From Octopus bimaculoides (Eukaryota): a stretch of DNA of 35,515 bases. Position numbers and translations under genes: made by a program. Positions 1-12,932 of this stretch are shown in pieces. Positions within the stretch are counted from its first letter, which is position 1. Every line of letters begins with the position of its first letter. The notes beneath the pieces are model-generated. The model made no database searches and was not told where the DNA came from. It saw only the letters and a program-made list of their open reading frames with translations. Location of the stretch: positions 7,037,531 through 7,073,045 of the forward strand of contig NC_068998.1 in assembly GCF_001194135.2 (NCBI RefSeq), given 5' to 3'.

Positions 1-45
1 TATATATATATATATATATACACACACATATATAGACTCACGTAC

Positions 46-88
<43 letters not shown>

Positions 89-469
89 CACATATATAGA
101 CTCACGTACAGATATATATACATATATGTTACAAAACACCTCGTTGTCGATGAGTTAATGTCTTCAAGAAACAAACCAAATAAACTTGTTTAACAGTTGT
201 TCTGTGTAATGACTAATACCCATTTCTGTTCAAACAGTAAATCATGTTGTCAATAAATTAACTGATGTAATTGAAGGAGCAAAGTAGGAAATACATTCAA
301 AACATAAAAAAAACCAGAAAACAAACACACAAAAAAAAAATTTGTCAGGATAAAAATTAATATACATATATACCTATATAAAAAAAGAATTATGCTTCAG
401 CTTATTATAAAGTAATTTTGTAGCAGATGAAAATTTTGCCAATTGCCAGATGCTCAGAACTGAAATTAC

Positions 470-474
<5 letters not shown>

Positions 475-524
<50 letters not shown>

Positions 525-583
525 GATCATCATCACTGTCCTCCTCCTCCTCCTCCTCCTCCTCCTCCTCCTCCTCCTCCTCC

Positions 584-622
<39 letters not shown>
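475..622. repeat. Compound trinucleotide microsatellite (TAT)n-(CCT)n-(CAT)n
   Basis: Directly visible; produces the homopolymeric ORFs at 405-653. Confidence 0.98.
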
Positions 623-623
<1 letters not shown>

Positions 624-852
624 TTGTTAATTTGCTACTATGGTGATAAATAATTGATAGTAGAACATGAGATGAAGTTTAGTTGGTTGTTTCACTATGC
701 GTTTGAGCAAGTTTGGAGTTCTATCTTACTTGCAAATCTCATTGTGATGTAATATAATATCTCTCTCTTTCTCTTTCTCTCTCTTTCACTCCCTCTCTCT
801 CTCTCTTTCTCTCTCTCTCTAGTTTAGAATAGACATATTTGAAGTTTTCTTA

Positions 853-893
853 TCAACAATTCTGCTGATTCAAACATCGTTCCTCAGACTGCC
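853..893 (-). CDS. Candidate short terminal exon: phase 1 (G)QSEERCLNQQNC* or phase 0 GSLRNDV*
   Basis: Very strong acceptor acagttttctttctgttgcag|GG; coding frame uncertain. Confidence 0.25.
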
Positions 894-1299
894 CTGCAAC
901 AGAAAGAAAACTGTAATAAGAGCTGGATTGTATGAAAGAGTGGTCGTTTGGAATAATTACACTGTGTAACACGATTTTTGTCCTTGGATAGTGACTGCTA
1001 TTTCCTATTTGCTTACTGAAGAAAGTATGAAAAACGGCTAAATATTTCCTTCAAATTTTTGCATTTGTTATATTTCTTCAAAAACCCCAAAGAATTTCTC
1101 TCAACACATGGCTATGATACTCTGCCATTATTCCTACTTGTGATAAGAGATTCTTGTACTGTCAACTGCTAAGGGACATGCTCAAGTGTTGAAGGTCCAG
1201 AAACTGACTGGCAAATCTGTAATGGTTGTAAACGGGCTTGTTGTTCATTTCCAGTCTTCTGTGGAGAATATGTCTGGCTATTAGAAATATTGGGTCCAA

Positions 1300-1520
1300 G
1301 TTTTGGTCCAAGACAAGCTGTTTCGGTGGGGAGGGAGCAAGTCAATTACACCAATCCCAGGGTTCAAATGGCACTTATTTTATTGACCCCCCCCCCCGAA
1401 CGATGAAAGGCACAGTTGGTGCTGGCATCATTCGAATACAGAAGGTAAAGATGGACAGAATGTTGCTGACCCTTTTTTTTTCCCAGAGCACTAATGATTC
1501 TGCCACCAGCTCACCACTCT
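1300..1520 (-). mobile_element. SINE family A copy, diverged
   Basis: Aligns with 15175-15392 (GATGAAAGGCA...GTAAAGATGGAC...AATGATTCTGCCA..CAGCTC). Confidence 0.7.
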
Positions 1521-1539
1521 AAAGCTGCACGAATTGTTA

Positions 1540-1680
1540 GTTTACATGGAAACAGGTGAGAGTTGGTGACAGGAAGAACATACAGCCATTGAACAGGTCT
1601 GCCTCAAAAAATTCCATCTGAAGCATGCATGCTTGGATAAAGGTAGATGATGATGATGATGATGATGATGATGACGACGA
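1540..1680 (+). mobile_element. Diverged family B tail
   Basis: GGTGACAGGAAGAACATACAGCC...CATGCATGCTTGGA followed by (GAT)n; weaker match to the other two copies. Confidence 0.5.
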
Positions 1681-2143
1681 TGGTGATGGTGATGATGGCA
1701 ATGACGGTGATGATGTGATGAAAATGACAATCATGATGATACATATTGAAATCAAAACAGAAAGAAGAAAAAAAATCAAATAAACAAACAAAAGATTAAT
1801 TAAATTTTGTAAATATTAATTCATCTGCACTTAATATAAAAATTAAATTTGAAAAAAAAAAAATTCTGATTTTCAAAAATCAACTAAAAATACATAAATA
1901 AATAAATAAAATGAATGAATGAATGAATGAATAAACTGAATTCTTAATAAAAATGCTACAAAGAAAGAAATCTATCTTTGTACTTGAGACATATCTTTTC
2001 ATTTTCTTTTTTTTTTTGTACAAAGATTAAAATCAAAGTCTAGAAAATATCTAAATACAGATGTGATATTTTAGACTTTCTAAACTAACAAGTTTTTGTT
2101 CATTTTTAGCTAAAGTGTAAATCTAATCTAAACTGTATTTTAA

Positions 2144-2231
<88 letters not shown>

Positions 2232-2327
2232 TTATATTTATATATACATATATAAATATATATATATACATATATATGCATAAATATATATATATATATA
2301 TGTGTGTGTATATTTATATATGTATAT

Positions 2328-2358
<31 letters not shown>

Positions 2359-2450
2359 TATATGTGTGTGTGTGGTGTTAGTTTGATGCTATTTTAAATA
2401 AAATGATGTATATATATTTACAATTTGACATTTATTTTGCCCACTATAGT

Positions 2451-2511
2451 TTTAATAATAATAATGATAATAATAGTAATAATAATAACAATAACAATAA
2501 TAATAATGATG

Positions 2512-2580
<69 letters not shown>
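2451..2580. repeat. (AAT)n microsatellite
   Basis: Directly visible. Confidence 0.98.
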
Positions 2581-2581
<1 letters not shown>

Positions 2582-2614
2582 TTTCATTTATTTGCCACCA
2601 GAGTGCATGAGGGG

Positions 2615-2687
2615 GTACAATACAAAGACAGAGAAGGGGGGTGTACAATACAAAGACAGAGAAGGGGGTGTACAATACAAAGACAGG
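2615..2687 (+). repeat. 27-28 bp minisatellite, ~2.7 copies (GTACAATACAAAGACAGAGAAGGGGGT)
   Basis: Units start at 2615, 2643 and 2670. Confidence 0.9.
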
Positions 2688-2860
2688 CCCGTACCAGTGG
2701 CATGTAGAAAGGACGCACTTCACTCTGAGAGTGGTTGGCATCAGAAAGGGCATCCAGCTGTAGAAACCATGCCAAATCAGATCAGAGCCTGGTGCAACTC
2801 CAGTTTACAAGTTTCCAGTCAACCCGTCCAACCCATGCCAGCATGGAAAGCAGACGTTAA

Positions 2861-2900
<40 letters not shown>
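2687..2900 (+). mobile_element. SINE/LINE 3' tail family B ending in (GAT)n
   Basis: GAGTGGTTGGC.T.AG.AAGGGCATCCAGCT.TAGAAAC...CCCATGCCAGCATGGAAA...CGTTAAA followed by a GAT microsatellite; shared with 7701-7925. Confidence 0.8.
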
Positions 2901-2901
<1 letters not shown>

Positions 2902-3590
2902 TATCATACTAGATAAAGAAACAGATAAGAGAATTAGATTAAACACAGACATACAGTTATTTAGGAACCAAATTACAAATGAAAGCCAATATTAGAGAGT
3001 AATGTTATAGACAGATTGGATTAATACTTGATACAGGACTATATGCAAAAAGTAAGATAAGAGGCATCAATACTGTAGCTGTCCCAGTAACAAGTTATAG
3101 TTGTAATATTCTCAGTTCAACACTAAATAGTCTAGAAGACAAGGTGAGGAAACTAGAGAAATAATGATTGCATTTAGAAAACATCTCCCATACAAAATAT
3201 GAGATTGAAACATTCCATTTACCATGAATACAAGGAAACTATAGCAAAATATCCACTTTGCGCTACAAAATATATTGTATATAATTATGGAAAAATTCAA
3301 TGCAAATCTACAAAACATGAGTGAAACAAAATTCAGTTTTCTGTCTTCAAAGAAGCTAATACAAAACAAAGGATGAAGAGACAGATTGTTATAAAGAAAA
3401 TGGAGAAATGATGATAGAAATTAACTATGAAGGAGCTAAAAGCTAATCTAAAATTGGTAATACAGAACACCATCATAAAATAATAGCACCCCCACTTCCT
3501 TTTATGGCTAATACTGGGAAAAGGCTGGACAGAGTTGAAATTGACAAAGAAAAATCTCAGCATTGGCTGAAGTTTGCTCAATCGGAACTG
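2901..3590 (+). mobile_element. R4/Dong-clade-like non-LTR retrotransposon remnant (RT C-terminal/thumb region)
   Basis: From 2958: YLGTKLQMKANIRE*CYRQIGLILDTGLYAKSKIRGINTVAVPVTSYSCNILSSTLNSLEDKVRKL, later ...EIETFHLP*IQG... and P(F)YG*YWEK/LDRVEIDKEKSQHWLK. These match the YKYLG...NKIxAINTxAVPV...YLPRxxGG...LHGQY...DKExSxxWL pattern of R4-type elements. Many stops and frameshifts. Confidence 0.75.
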
Positions 3591-3650
3591 ATTTGGGATT
3601 TAACAACACATCTGCCCTCTTACTGTGAGATTCACCATACATTTTGTTAC

Positions 3651-3725
<75 letters not shown>

Positions 3726-3747
3726 GCCTGCCTGCCTGCCTGCCTGC

Positions 3748-3817
<70 letters not shown>

Positions 3818-3845
3818 GTCTATCTATTTATCTATCTATCTCTGT
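3651..3845. repeat. Compound tetranucleotide microsatellite (TCTG)n/(CCTG)n/(TCTA)n
   Basis: Directly visible; truncates the R4-like remnant. Confidence 0.97.
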
Positions 3846-4114
3846 CTGACTAGCTCTGTCCCTATGACCATGAGTCTGCTGCCCTAACCACTGGACCATT
3901 GCACCTCCACACACACACACACATATATATTTCAAAAATTTAACAAAACCACGTTGGCAAATAATCTTTACTTCAGAATACTGTTACTGAATGTCTCTCA
4001 TTGAGAGATTTAGAAATAATAATGTTTCTATTTTAACAAATGGAAAATTTTACAAAAACGTAACAAACAGAAAATTCGTAGCTCATTCATCATCAGTGAA
4101 CATCCAAAAGATCA

Positions 4115-4188
4115 TTACACTTGTGTGCCTTTAGCATTGATATTGTTCACTCTTGGTGGCGCCAGTGGTGAAAAGCCACTGGGAATAG
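4115..4188 (-). CDS. Candidate terminal coding exon (phase 1): (A)IPSGFSPLAPPRVNNINAKGTQV*
   Basis: Acceptor tttgtcattgtcctgtacattcattag|CT; GC-enriched island; ends in T-Q-V-stop (class I PDZ-binding consensus S/T-x-V); phase-compatible with 15980-16108. Confidence 0.5.
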
Positions 4189-4745
4189 CTAATGAATGTA
4201 CAGGACAATGACAAAATCAAACACGACAAAATAAAACATACATGTACAACAAGAAATGCCATGCAGTTGTAAGACAGGCAGATATGGGGTAGCACAAACG
4301 AAAACAAAAATGTCTTGTAGGACTGGAAAGAAGAAACGAACAGAAAAGAAGAAGTAAAGTATTAGGGAGGGAAAGAGAGAGGGAGGAAGGCTAAAAAGTG
4401 AGACAAAGAAAGAAAAAGAGACAGATTTTACAAATGAGGAAGCAAAAATCAGGAGTTGCGTAGCATTACATGAATAATATTCCAAAAGTTTAAAAGAAAC
4501 ACAACAAACGGAAAATTTCGCCAAGACATAAACAGATAGTTTGTAGCTCATATATATAAATGTATATTATATATATATTTATACATACATACATATATAT
4601 ATATATATANNNNNNNNNNNNNNNNNNNNNNNNNNNNNNNNNNNNNNNNNNNNNNNNNNNNNNNNNNNNNNNNNNNNNNNNNNNNNNNNNNNNNNNNNNN
4701 NNNNNNNNNNNNNNNNNNNNNNNNNNNNNNNNNNNNNNNNNNNNN

Positions 4746-4870
4746 AAAAACGAAAACAGATGTATAAACAACAAGCAGGTGTATTAGTTTGATGGTCGGG
4801 AAGGTGAGAAAGTCTTTTATGTTTCGAGCCTATGCACTTCAGCAGAAAGGAATACGAGGAAATAAACGGG
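4746..4870 (-). repeat. Dispersed repeat family D, second copy
   Basis: Aligns by eye with 14995-15110. Confidence 0.7.
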
Positions 4871-4914
4871 GAGAGAATCCAAAACTTTTGGAGTTAGTGG
4901 TCAACCACATATAT

Positions 4915-5097
4915 ATTTCCTTATTTCAATCATTTGACTGTGGAGCAGCGCTTTTAGTTGAACAAATTCACCCCAAGACTTATTCTTTGTTGACCTAGTA
5001 TTTCTTCACTCACAAGGCTTTCGTCGGCCCGAGGCTATAGTAGAAGACACTTGCCCAAGGTGCCATGCTGTGGGACTGAACCCAGAACCATGTGGTT
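4915..5097 (-). mobile_element. SINE family C copy with internal deletion
   Basis: Tail part (CATTTGACTG...GACTTATTCTTTG) is directly fused to the head part (CTCACAAGGCTTT...GAACCATGTGG). Confidence 0.8.
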
Positions 5098-5154
<57 letters not shown>

Positions 5155-5629
5155 GTATGTATGCAGATAGACATACACTAATGCACACACATTTCTCTCT
5201 CTCCCTCTCGCTCTCTCTTCCTCTCTTTCTTTCTGCTTCTCTGTCTCTCTCTTGTTCACACTGTCAAACACACACACATATATACACACACACAGAGATA
5301 GAGAATGTTTTAAAATCTTATTTATAATTTATTTCATACGTTGAGGTTTGAAATAAATTATAAATAGGATTTAAAAAATAAAAAGAGACCATAATTTAAA
5401 TAAACATAAATGAATAGTATTTGTTTAAAACAAGGAAAATATTAAATTGTATTATTGTTTTTAGTGAAATAACAATACAATAAAAACAAAATAAAATAAT
5501 TTTCTTTAATATCTGAGTTAATACATAAAATATAATTCTAGTGACTTTTCTGTCTGTTGTGAAAAATGCTAAAAGCATGTTATAACTTTTAGAGATAGAT
5601 ATATGTACATAAATGTGAAGAATATTTGC

Positions 5630-6720
5630 ATGTATTTGTATGTGTGTATGTATGTGTGTATGTCTGTGTGTGTGTATGTATGTATGCATGTATGTATGTG
5701 CGTGTGTCTGTGTATGTATGTATGTGTGTGTATGTATTTATGTATGTGTGTGTGTGTGTATGTATGTAAGTGTGCGTATGTATGTATGTATGTGTGTGTG
5801 TATGTATGCGTGTGTCCATGTATGTATGAATATGTGTATGTATTCATCTATGTATGAATGTGTATATGTGCCTGTATGTATGTATGTATGTAAGTATTTG
5901 TGTGTATGTCTATGTATGCTTGTATATGTATTCATGTATATATGAATGTGTATATGTGGGTGTATGCATTTATGTATGTATATATATATATATATATANN
6001 NNNNNNNNNNNNNNNNNNNNNNNNNNNNNNNNNNNNNNNNNNNNNNNNNNNNNNNNNNNNNNNNNNNNNNNNNNNNNNNNNNNNNNNNNNNNNNNNNNNN
6101 NNNNNNNNNNNNNNNNNNNNNNNNNNNNNNNNNNNNNNNNNNNNNNNNNNNNNNNNNNNNNNNNNNNNNNNNNNNNNNNNNNNNNNNNNNNNNNNNNNNN
6201 NNNNNNNNNNNNNNNNNNNNNNNNNNNNNNNNNNNNNNNNNNNNNNNNNNNNNNNNNNNNNNNNNNNNNNNNNNNNNNNNNNNNNNNNNNNGTATGTGTG
6301 TGTATAGATGTTTGTATGTATATATGTAAGTATACTGTGTGTATGTATGTTTGTGCATATATGTATAAATATGTATGTGGGTGTGTGTATGTATGTATAT
6401 ATGTATGTATGATATGTGTATATATTAGTGTGCATGTATGCATGTATGTATAAATGTGTACGTAGGTGTGTGTATGTAGGTATGTATGTATGTATATATA
6501 TATATATATGTATGTGTGTATGTATGAACGTGTGTGTGTATGTAAGTATGTATGTATATGTTTGTGTGTATATAAGTAGAATATATATATGTTGTATATG
6601 GGTATGTAAGCTTGTGTATGTATGCATGTATGTATATAATTATGTATGTATGTTTGTAAGAATGTGCATATGTGGTTGTCTGTATTTGCATAATATGAAT
6701 GTATGGGGGTGGGTGGGGCG
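5630..6720. repeat. Degenerate (TATG)n/(TG)n/(TA)n low-complexity tract containing a gap
   Basis: Directly visible. Confidence 0.95.
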
Positions 6721-6885
6721 TATGTCTGTGCATGTGTTTGTCTATTTTGACATAATGACAGTATTCTGATAAAAAGAAATAACAAAACGAAAAAAAAAAG
6801 AACCAAAAGAACAAACAAAATCAGGTAAACAACACATACATACTCTCACATACTCACATAGGTATATGTACAGATGCCCGTCAAT

Positions 6886-7275
6886 CGCTACCACCACCAC
6901 CACCATCACCACCAACTCCACACCACCTCCAACACCACCACCACCAATACCAACGCCAACACCACCACCACCACCACTGCTGCTGTTGCTACCACCGCCG
7001 CACCATCACATCAGTCTTAATCATTGTCGTCGTCATCATCGTCACCACCACCACCACCACCACCACCACCATCATTATCATCATCATCATCATCGTCATC
7101 GTCATCATCATCATCATCATCATCGTCGTCGTCGTCGTCGTCATCATCATCATCATCATCATCATCATTGCCATCATCTTCATTACTACTAACGCCTGCA
7201 GCAGTAATGTAACCACCACTGCCACCACCACAGAACAACCTCCCAGCACCTTCCTCCTCTGCTTCCTTCTCCTTC

Positions 7276-7329
<54 letters not shown>

Positions 7330-7330
7330 C
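6886..7330. repeat. Compound (CAC/CAT/CGT)n trinucleotide tract
   Basis: Directly visible; source of the poly-H/D/M/S ORFs. Confidence 0.95.
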
Positions 7331-7399
7331 TGGCATAGAAATAAGGAAAATGACGCTGGTAAATAGTGTAGTTATAACATTTTTGTTTTAATATTTCTG

Positions 7400-7433
<34 letters not shown>

Positions 7434-7629
7434 ACAAGTACATGCATTAGCATACAGTCACCACCACCACCATCATCATCATCATTATCATCATCACCAA
7501 CACCTTCATTGTAGTCATTGCTATCATCATCATTATAGTGAATGTCTTCATCGCGATGATAACGTTGACGACCACCATCACCTCCAACACCACAACCACC
7601 TCCGACACCACCATCACCTCTGACACATA

Positions 7630-7675
<46 letters not shown>

Positions 7676-7700
7676 CATACATATACCTACACATATATGT

Positions 7701-7924
7701 GTGTCGTGGCAGATGACAGTACCGCCTGACTGGCTCCCATGCTGGTGGCACATAAAAAGCACCCACTACACTCTCGGAGTGGTTGGCGTTAGGAAGGGCA
7801 TCCAGCTCTAGAAACATTGCCAGATCGGATTGGAGCCTGGTGTGGCCTTCTGGCTTCCCAGTCCCCAGTGAAACCGTCCAGCCCATGCCAGCATGGAAAA
7901 CGTTAAATGATGATGACGGTGATG

Positions 7925-7925
<1 letters not shown>
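7701..7925 (+). mobile_element. SINE/LINE 3' tail family B ending in (GAT)n
   Basis: Second copy of the 2687-2900 sequence. Confidence 0.8.
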
Positions 7926-7961
<36 letters not shown>

Positions 7962-7980
7962 TATATATATATACAGATGA

Positions 7981-8053
<73 letters not shown>

Positions 8054-8142
8054 ACAAATGAAAGACAGAAGATTGAATATACTAGAAAATGTACACGCAA
8101 GCATACTTACTAATATCATATATACATTAACAATCATCATCG

Positions 8143-8187
<45 letters not shown>

Positions 8188-8514
8188 CTTTCATCGACAA
8201 CAGCAATAGCTAAAACAAAATCGCATTACAAAAAGCATAGCTGAATGATGTTTTTTTTTGGGAAATTTTTATTTCATTTCTTTTTTTCTTTTTTTTTTTT
8301 GCTTTTAGTTTTTTTATTCTTTTAAGCAGATCGCTATTTATTTATTTATAAACTGTCTGGAATGTATTGTTATCCATTTTGGCAAAACTCTCTAGAATTT
8401 TAATTCTGTTCTTCGAATTATGAAACAGCGTGAGAAAATAAAACAATGGAGAACAGAGAGGAAAACCGCAGGAAAAATATAGCTTTTGTTTTTTTTTCCT
8501 CTTTCATTTATCAT

Positions 8515-8872
8515 TCGTTTTATTCTTTTATTCTTTCACTTGTTTCAGTCATTTGACTGTGGCCTTGCTGGAGCACTGCCTTTATGGAGTGTTAGTTGAA
8601 GAAATTGATTCCAGCACTTATTCTTTGTAAGCCTAGTACTTGTTCTGTCGGTTATCAAGCGATGGTGATGGTGGAATGAACACAGACACACACACACACA
8701 CACACACATATATATGACAGACTTCTTTTAGTTTCCATTTACCAAATCCACTTGCAAGGCTTTGGTTGGACCAAGGCTATAATAAAAGACACTTACCCCG
8801 AGGTACCACGCAATGGGACTGAACCTGGAACCATGTGGTTGGGAAACAAGCTTCTTACCACACAGTCATGCC
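8515..8872 (-). mobile_element. tRNA-derived SINE family C copy
   Basis: TTTCAGTCATTTGACTG.GGCC.TGCTGGAGCAC...AAGCCTAGTACTT...CAAGGCTTTGGT...GGCTATA.TA.AAGACACTT.CCC...GGGACTGAACC.GGAACCATGTGG; shared with 4915-5097, 19175-19428 and (inverted) 31605-31888. Confidence 0.85.
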
Positions 8873-8952
8873 AATTAAAAAACATAAGATAAAAATATTA
8901 AATAAAAAACACAAACAAAATACATTTTGACATAAACCTTTTATGTGTCGCT

Positions 8953-9285
8953 TCATTACCTCTGCCTTAGTGAAAGTGGAAGTATTGTTCAGTCATATTT
9001 GTTTGTCCATGGACAAGATATCTTAAGAACCACTGGGTGGGTTCGGATGAAACTTTGAGGGATGTTTGGCCTTGTGACTGGCACACACTGATTAGGTTTT
9101 GGGATCGATCTGGTGTTTGACAAAGATTCTGGATTATTTTTCCTGTTTTTTTAATTAATTTTTGATAGCGGCCAGGTTCATTTTCCATATTCTCGTTTTT
9201 GAGAGAAGTCGAGATTATTTCAGATATTCTCATTTTAAAAGTCATCTCTGGATAATCATTGAGAGGACGTTGCTGTTGCCTTGGC
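8953..9285 (+). mobile_element. Putative Helentron-associated non-autonomous element (HINE/DINE-1-like)
   Basis: Begins ATTACCTCTGCC...GTGGAAGT (decayed subterminal inverted repeat), then TTTGTTTGTC, then GATATCTTAAGAACCACTGGGTGGGTTCGGATGAAACTTT. Ends GTTGCCTTGGC. The layout resembles HINEs as I recall them. Confidence 0.5.
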
Positions 9286-9342
9286 ATATATTCAAGTTGT
9301 TGTTTCCTCAATTACTCAAAAGTCATTCCGATGCATATATCT

Positions 9343-9465
9343 GAAGAGAAAGTCGACCTCGGCAAGATTCGAACTCAGAATGGAAATTAAAGTAACTGAA
9401 GTCCACAAAGAATTTCTTTTTTCAGACAGTCTCGTGTTACTCTGCCGCCACACTGCCTTTGACTC
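9343..9465 (-). mobile_element. SINE family A fragment
   Basis: AAAGTCGACCTCGGCAAGATTCGAACTCAGAA matches the family A head in reverse orientation. Confidence 0.6.
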
Positions 9466-9684
9466 TGTAAATATTGTCAAGGAAAACGCATTCCATCAGA
9501 TCGATTTTCTGAAAACTAGTTTCATACGTGTAAGAATGTGAGTTGATAGGTTGATAGGTAGTCTGTTCTATGTACTTGGAATAGAAATAATCGCTGCATT
9601 AGAAGTCTTGAGGCAAATTCGAAATCATCTAATTCCTCTTTGATTTGTGGTCAGGAATTTACTCAAGAGAGAAATCAAGGCTGG

Positions 9685-10004
9685 TTAATGCCAAAGAATA
9701 TTATGAAATTTCAAAGGGCAAAAATAGACGAACGAACTTTTATAAAAGAACAATGAGCATAGATTCAGTGATTCTTTCAATGGTTTTGGAAGAGCATATG
9801 TGAAAAGAAATTTGGCAGCATCAAATGTAATAAAACCAATTTTCACTACCATGGAAATAGCATCCCCAAAAGAGAAACCAATAGAAGAGCTAGTGATTTC
9901 ATTAGTTAGCACGATGTTCAATACATGATTTTTCAAGCAAGTTTCAGTCACAGAAATGATAGCCATGTTAATGTACCATTGATGATAATCCAAATTCTTC
10001 CATT
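9685..10004 (-). CDS. Candidate alternative terminal exon (phase 1, 105 sense codons): (E)WKNLDYHQWYINMAIISVT...FHNILWH*
   Basis: Acceptor cattcattcacag|AA lies inside the non-repetitive ORF 9685-10038. It is a long open frame for AT-rich DNA, but the pyrimidine tract is weak and I recognise no homologue. Confidence 0.25.
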
Positions 10005-10516
10005 CTGTGAATGAATGTTTGCGTTGGTACACATACATATAAGAAAAACGGAAAATTTATTGACTGGCAGAAAGACGTGAAATTCAAAAGCTGGGTATTT
10101 TGATTGTGTTAAGTGAATGAGAAGGAACGTAAAGAAAAAAAAAAAGAACAGTAAAGGAAAGAAAAAAATCACGCATTGTCAAAAGTTAAGTGACAATATG
10201 TTTGTAAATGGTAAGGGAACAATTTTAAACTTACTATTGGTTTTAGCAAAGTGCACGTTGTTGTTTAGAATAGACCGATTCCAATAAGAAAGTCGCTGCA
10301 CCAGATGCCACCGGAACCATTGAAAACGTATCAGAAATAAGAAATTAGAATATTTTATAAACTGATGAGAAATAACAAGTTATGGTGACATAAAATAAAA
10401 ACCTACTTCTGCTCAAAATAATAAAAAAAAGAAAAAAAAATTACTTGTCTTTTCAAAACAGCACGTAAATGCGCATACATCCAAATCTATATATCTTGAC
10501 TGAGATACATAGAGGA

Positions 10517-10596
<80 letters not shown>

Positions 10597-10822
10597 GACG
10601 AAGAAGAAGATGAAGAACAAGAACAAGAAGATTAAGAAGATGAAGAAGAACAGGAAAATGAAGAGGAGAAAACTACAAGAAATAAGGAAGAAATAAATAA
10701 ATTTCAATACAATTATTCAAATAGAAATATTGGTATATCTATCTATCAATGTATTTATCTATCTATACATACATGCCTACATACATAAGGATGACTCACA
10801 CAGATATATAAATACACACGTG

Positions 10823-10895
<73 letters not shown>

Positions 10896-12057
10896 TTTAT
10901 ACATACATTCATGCATATATGTATGTATATGTATGCATGTATGTATATATGAATTAAACACACACGCACTTGTATTATTTAGAGGTAATATTGACAAATC
11001 TATTTTCTACCGTATGTTTGAAATTCTTTAAATTCCGTACCGCATTTCACATAAAGTTAATCATAGCTCTAACTAATTTAATTTAATTTGAATTTCTGAT
11101 TTAATTTATTTTGAATTATTGAGCCCTGGCGTGTTAGATTCTTCATTTCTTAAATGAATTAACACGCATATGTAAAGTACATGTGTGTCTATTTATTAAA
11201 CGTGCGTACATACATACGTATATATATATATATACTTCAGTATGCACATGTATTGTATAAAATGAAAACTCACAAGCACTCACATGAAAAATTATGGGAA
11301 CCTTTCGAATCAAAGATTATTTGCTCAATTAGAAGAGTGAGATTGAAAATTATGATTAACAGGTTTATTAGTCTTTTAACAAATAATTTATATTTTCTCT
11401 AATTTTCAAGAAAATTCGTACCATTACAAAAATTTGTATGAAATTATTGTTACTTTTTATTATAGGTTTTGTCTAACAAAATTATTAATACAAAACAGGT
11501 ACTAATACTTTATCTAAATTATTTACAAACCACGAAATGACAAACACATTTTTTATAGATTTGAATGCTTAGCTTTACGTAGACCCTATATTACATTTAA
11601 GGATCACAAATCTTATTTCGTTTTTAATTAAACTTACGTTTTAATAAATCCAAACCAGAAGTTAATTAGATATAGTTAGTTAAAGAAACGTAGATGCATA
11701 ATAGCCATTAAAGAATAATTTCTAAAAATATCGACGTTTCAAGAAACAATCTGAAGACCAAAGAACAATTTGTATAAAATTAACATTAATATTTAATACA
11801 CACAAAAATAACTTATAATGCTACATTTCATTACATTGATTTAGAAGAAATGTAGATAACTACCAAATGTGAACTAAGATTAAATATTTAGGCTTCCGTA
11901 AACCTTACATTACATTCAAAGACTAGACACTAAATGTCATTGTTAATCAAAATTGTAAATAATACCAAATAAAAAAAATCAAGATATAGTTATTAAAATA
12001 TCTATAAAAACTTAACTTTAAACGATCAATCTTTATGGAATATATATTCTACTTGCG

Positions 12058-12195
12058 AAGATACGTGGCATAGTGGTTAGGGCATTCGGCTCACGATCAT
12101 AAGGTCATGAGTTCAATTCCCAGTGAACAAATCAATTCCTAAATCCTCAAGGCAGTGTCCAAACATGGCCATAATCCAATGACCAAAGCAAGAAA
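12058..12195 (+). mobile_element. Internally deleted tRNA-derived SINE
   Basis: A-box TGGCATAGTGG and B-box GAGTTCAATTCC, joined directly to a family-C-like tail (CAAGGCAGTGTCCAAACATGGCC...AATGACCAAAGCAAG). Confidence 0.6.
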
Positions 12196-12880
12196 ATGAT
12201 AAACATCTTAAAACAAATATTTGTTTATTTCGATTCTAAACAGAACTTATTTCATTTCTATTATCGTACGTGTATCGGTACCGTGAAACTCACATTTCTG
12301 ATATGTGCAGTTTCAGCATAAAACATATTTTATTACAATTCATTATATTGAGTTCATTTTACCTCAGATTGTTTACACAGATACGTGTTTCTTATACACG
12401 CATGCGTATACGCTTCCACCCCCACCCCCACACACATATTCGAGAAACGCGTTGGCCAAGTCATATCCACCACCGAGAGATAAGGCAAAACGTTAATAAA
12501 AAAGACATAAACAAACAAGGCACTGAAAATTAATATAGAAAAAAAATAATGCCAAGATAAACCGACTAACTGATAAGAGTGAATACACAAAGTATTATAC
12601 ACATACTGCCATATATACATGCACCCCCATATGTACACACACATTATCGCACACACTCATACATAATATATAGAGAGCACATACCCTCACGTATACATAC
12701 ACTCATAGCCACCTACCTACACATGTGTGCGCGTGTGCGTGTGTATTCAAGTAATGGGTTCTATTTTTCCTATTTGTTTTACAAGACCTATAATATATAT
12801 ATATATATATATATATANNNNNNNNNNTATAATAAAAAGGGATAGCAAAAGAATGAGACCTCGATATTTGGTAAATAGAA

Positions 12881-12932
<52 letters not shown>

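Noticed and set aside
27-120. Duplicated CATATATAGACTCACGTACAGATATATAT at the window start
   Set aside because: Simple slippage duplication or assembly overlap within (TA)n.
2615-2687. Regularly spaced 27-28 bp repeats (also the 21-bp units at 17333-17520)
   Set aside because: Contiguous tandem units without spacers in eukaryotic DNA; minisatellites, not CRISPR.
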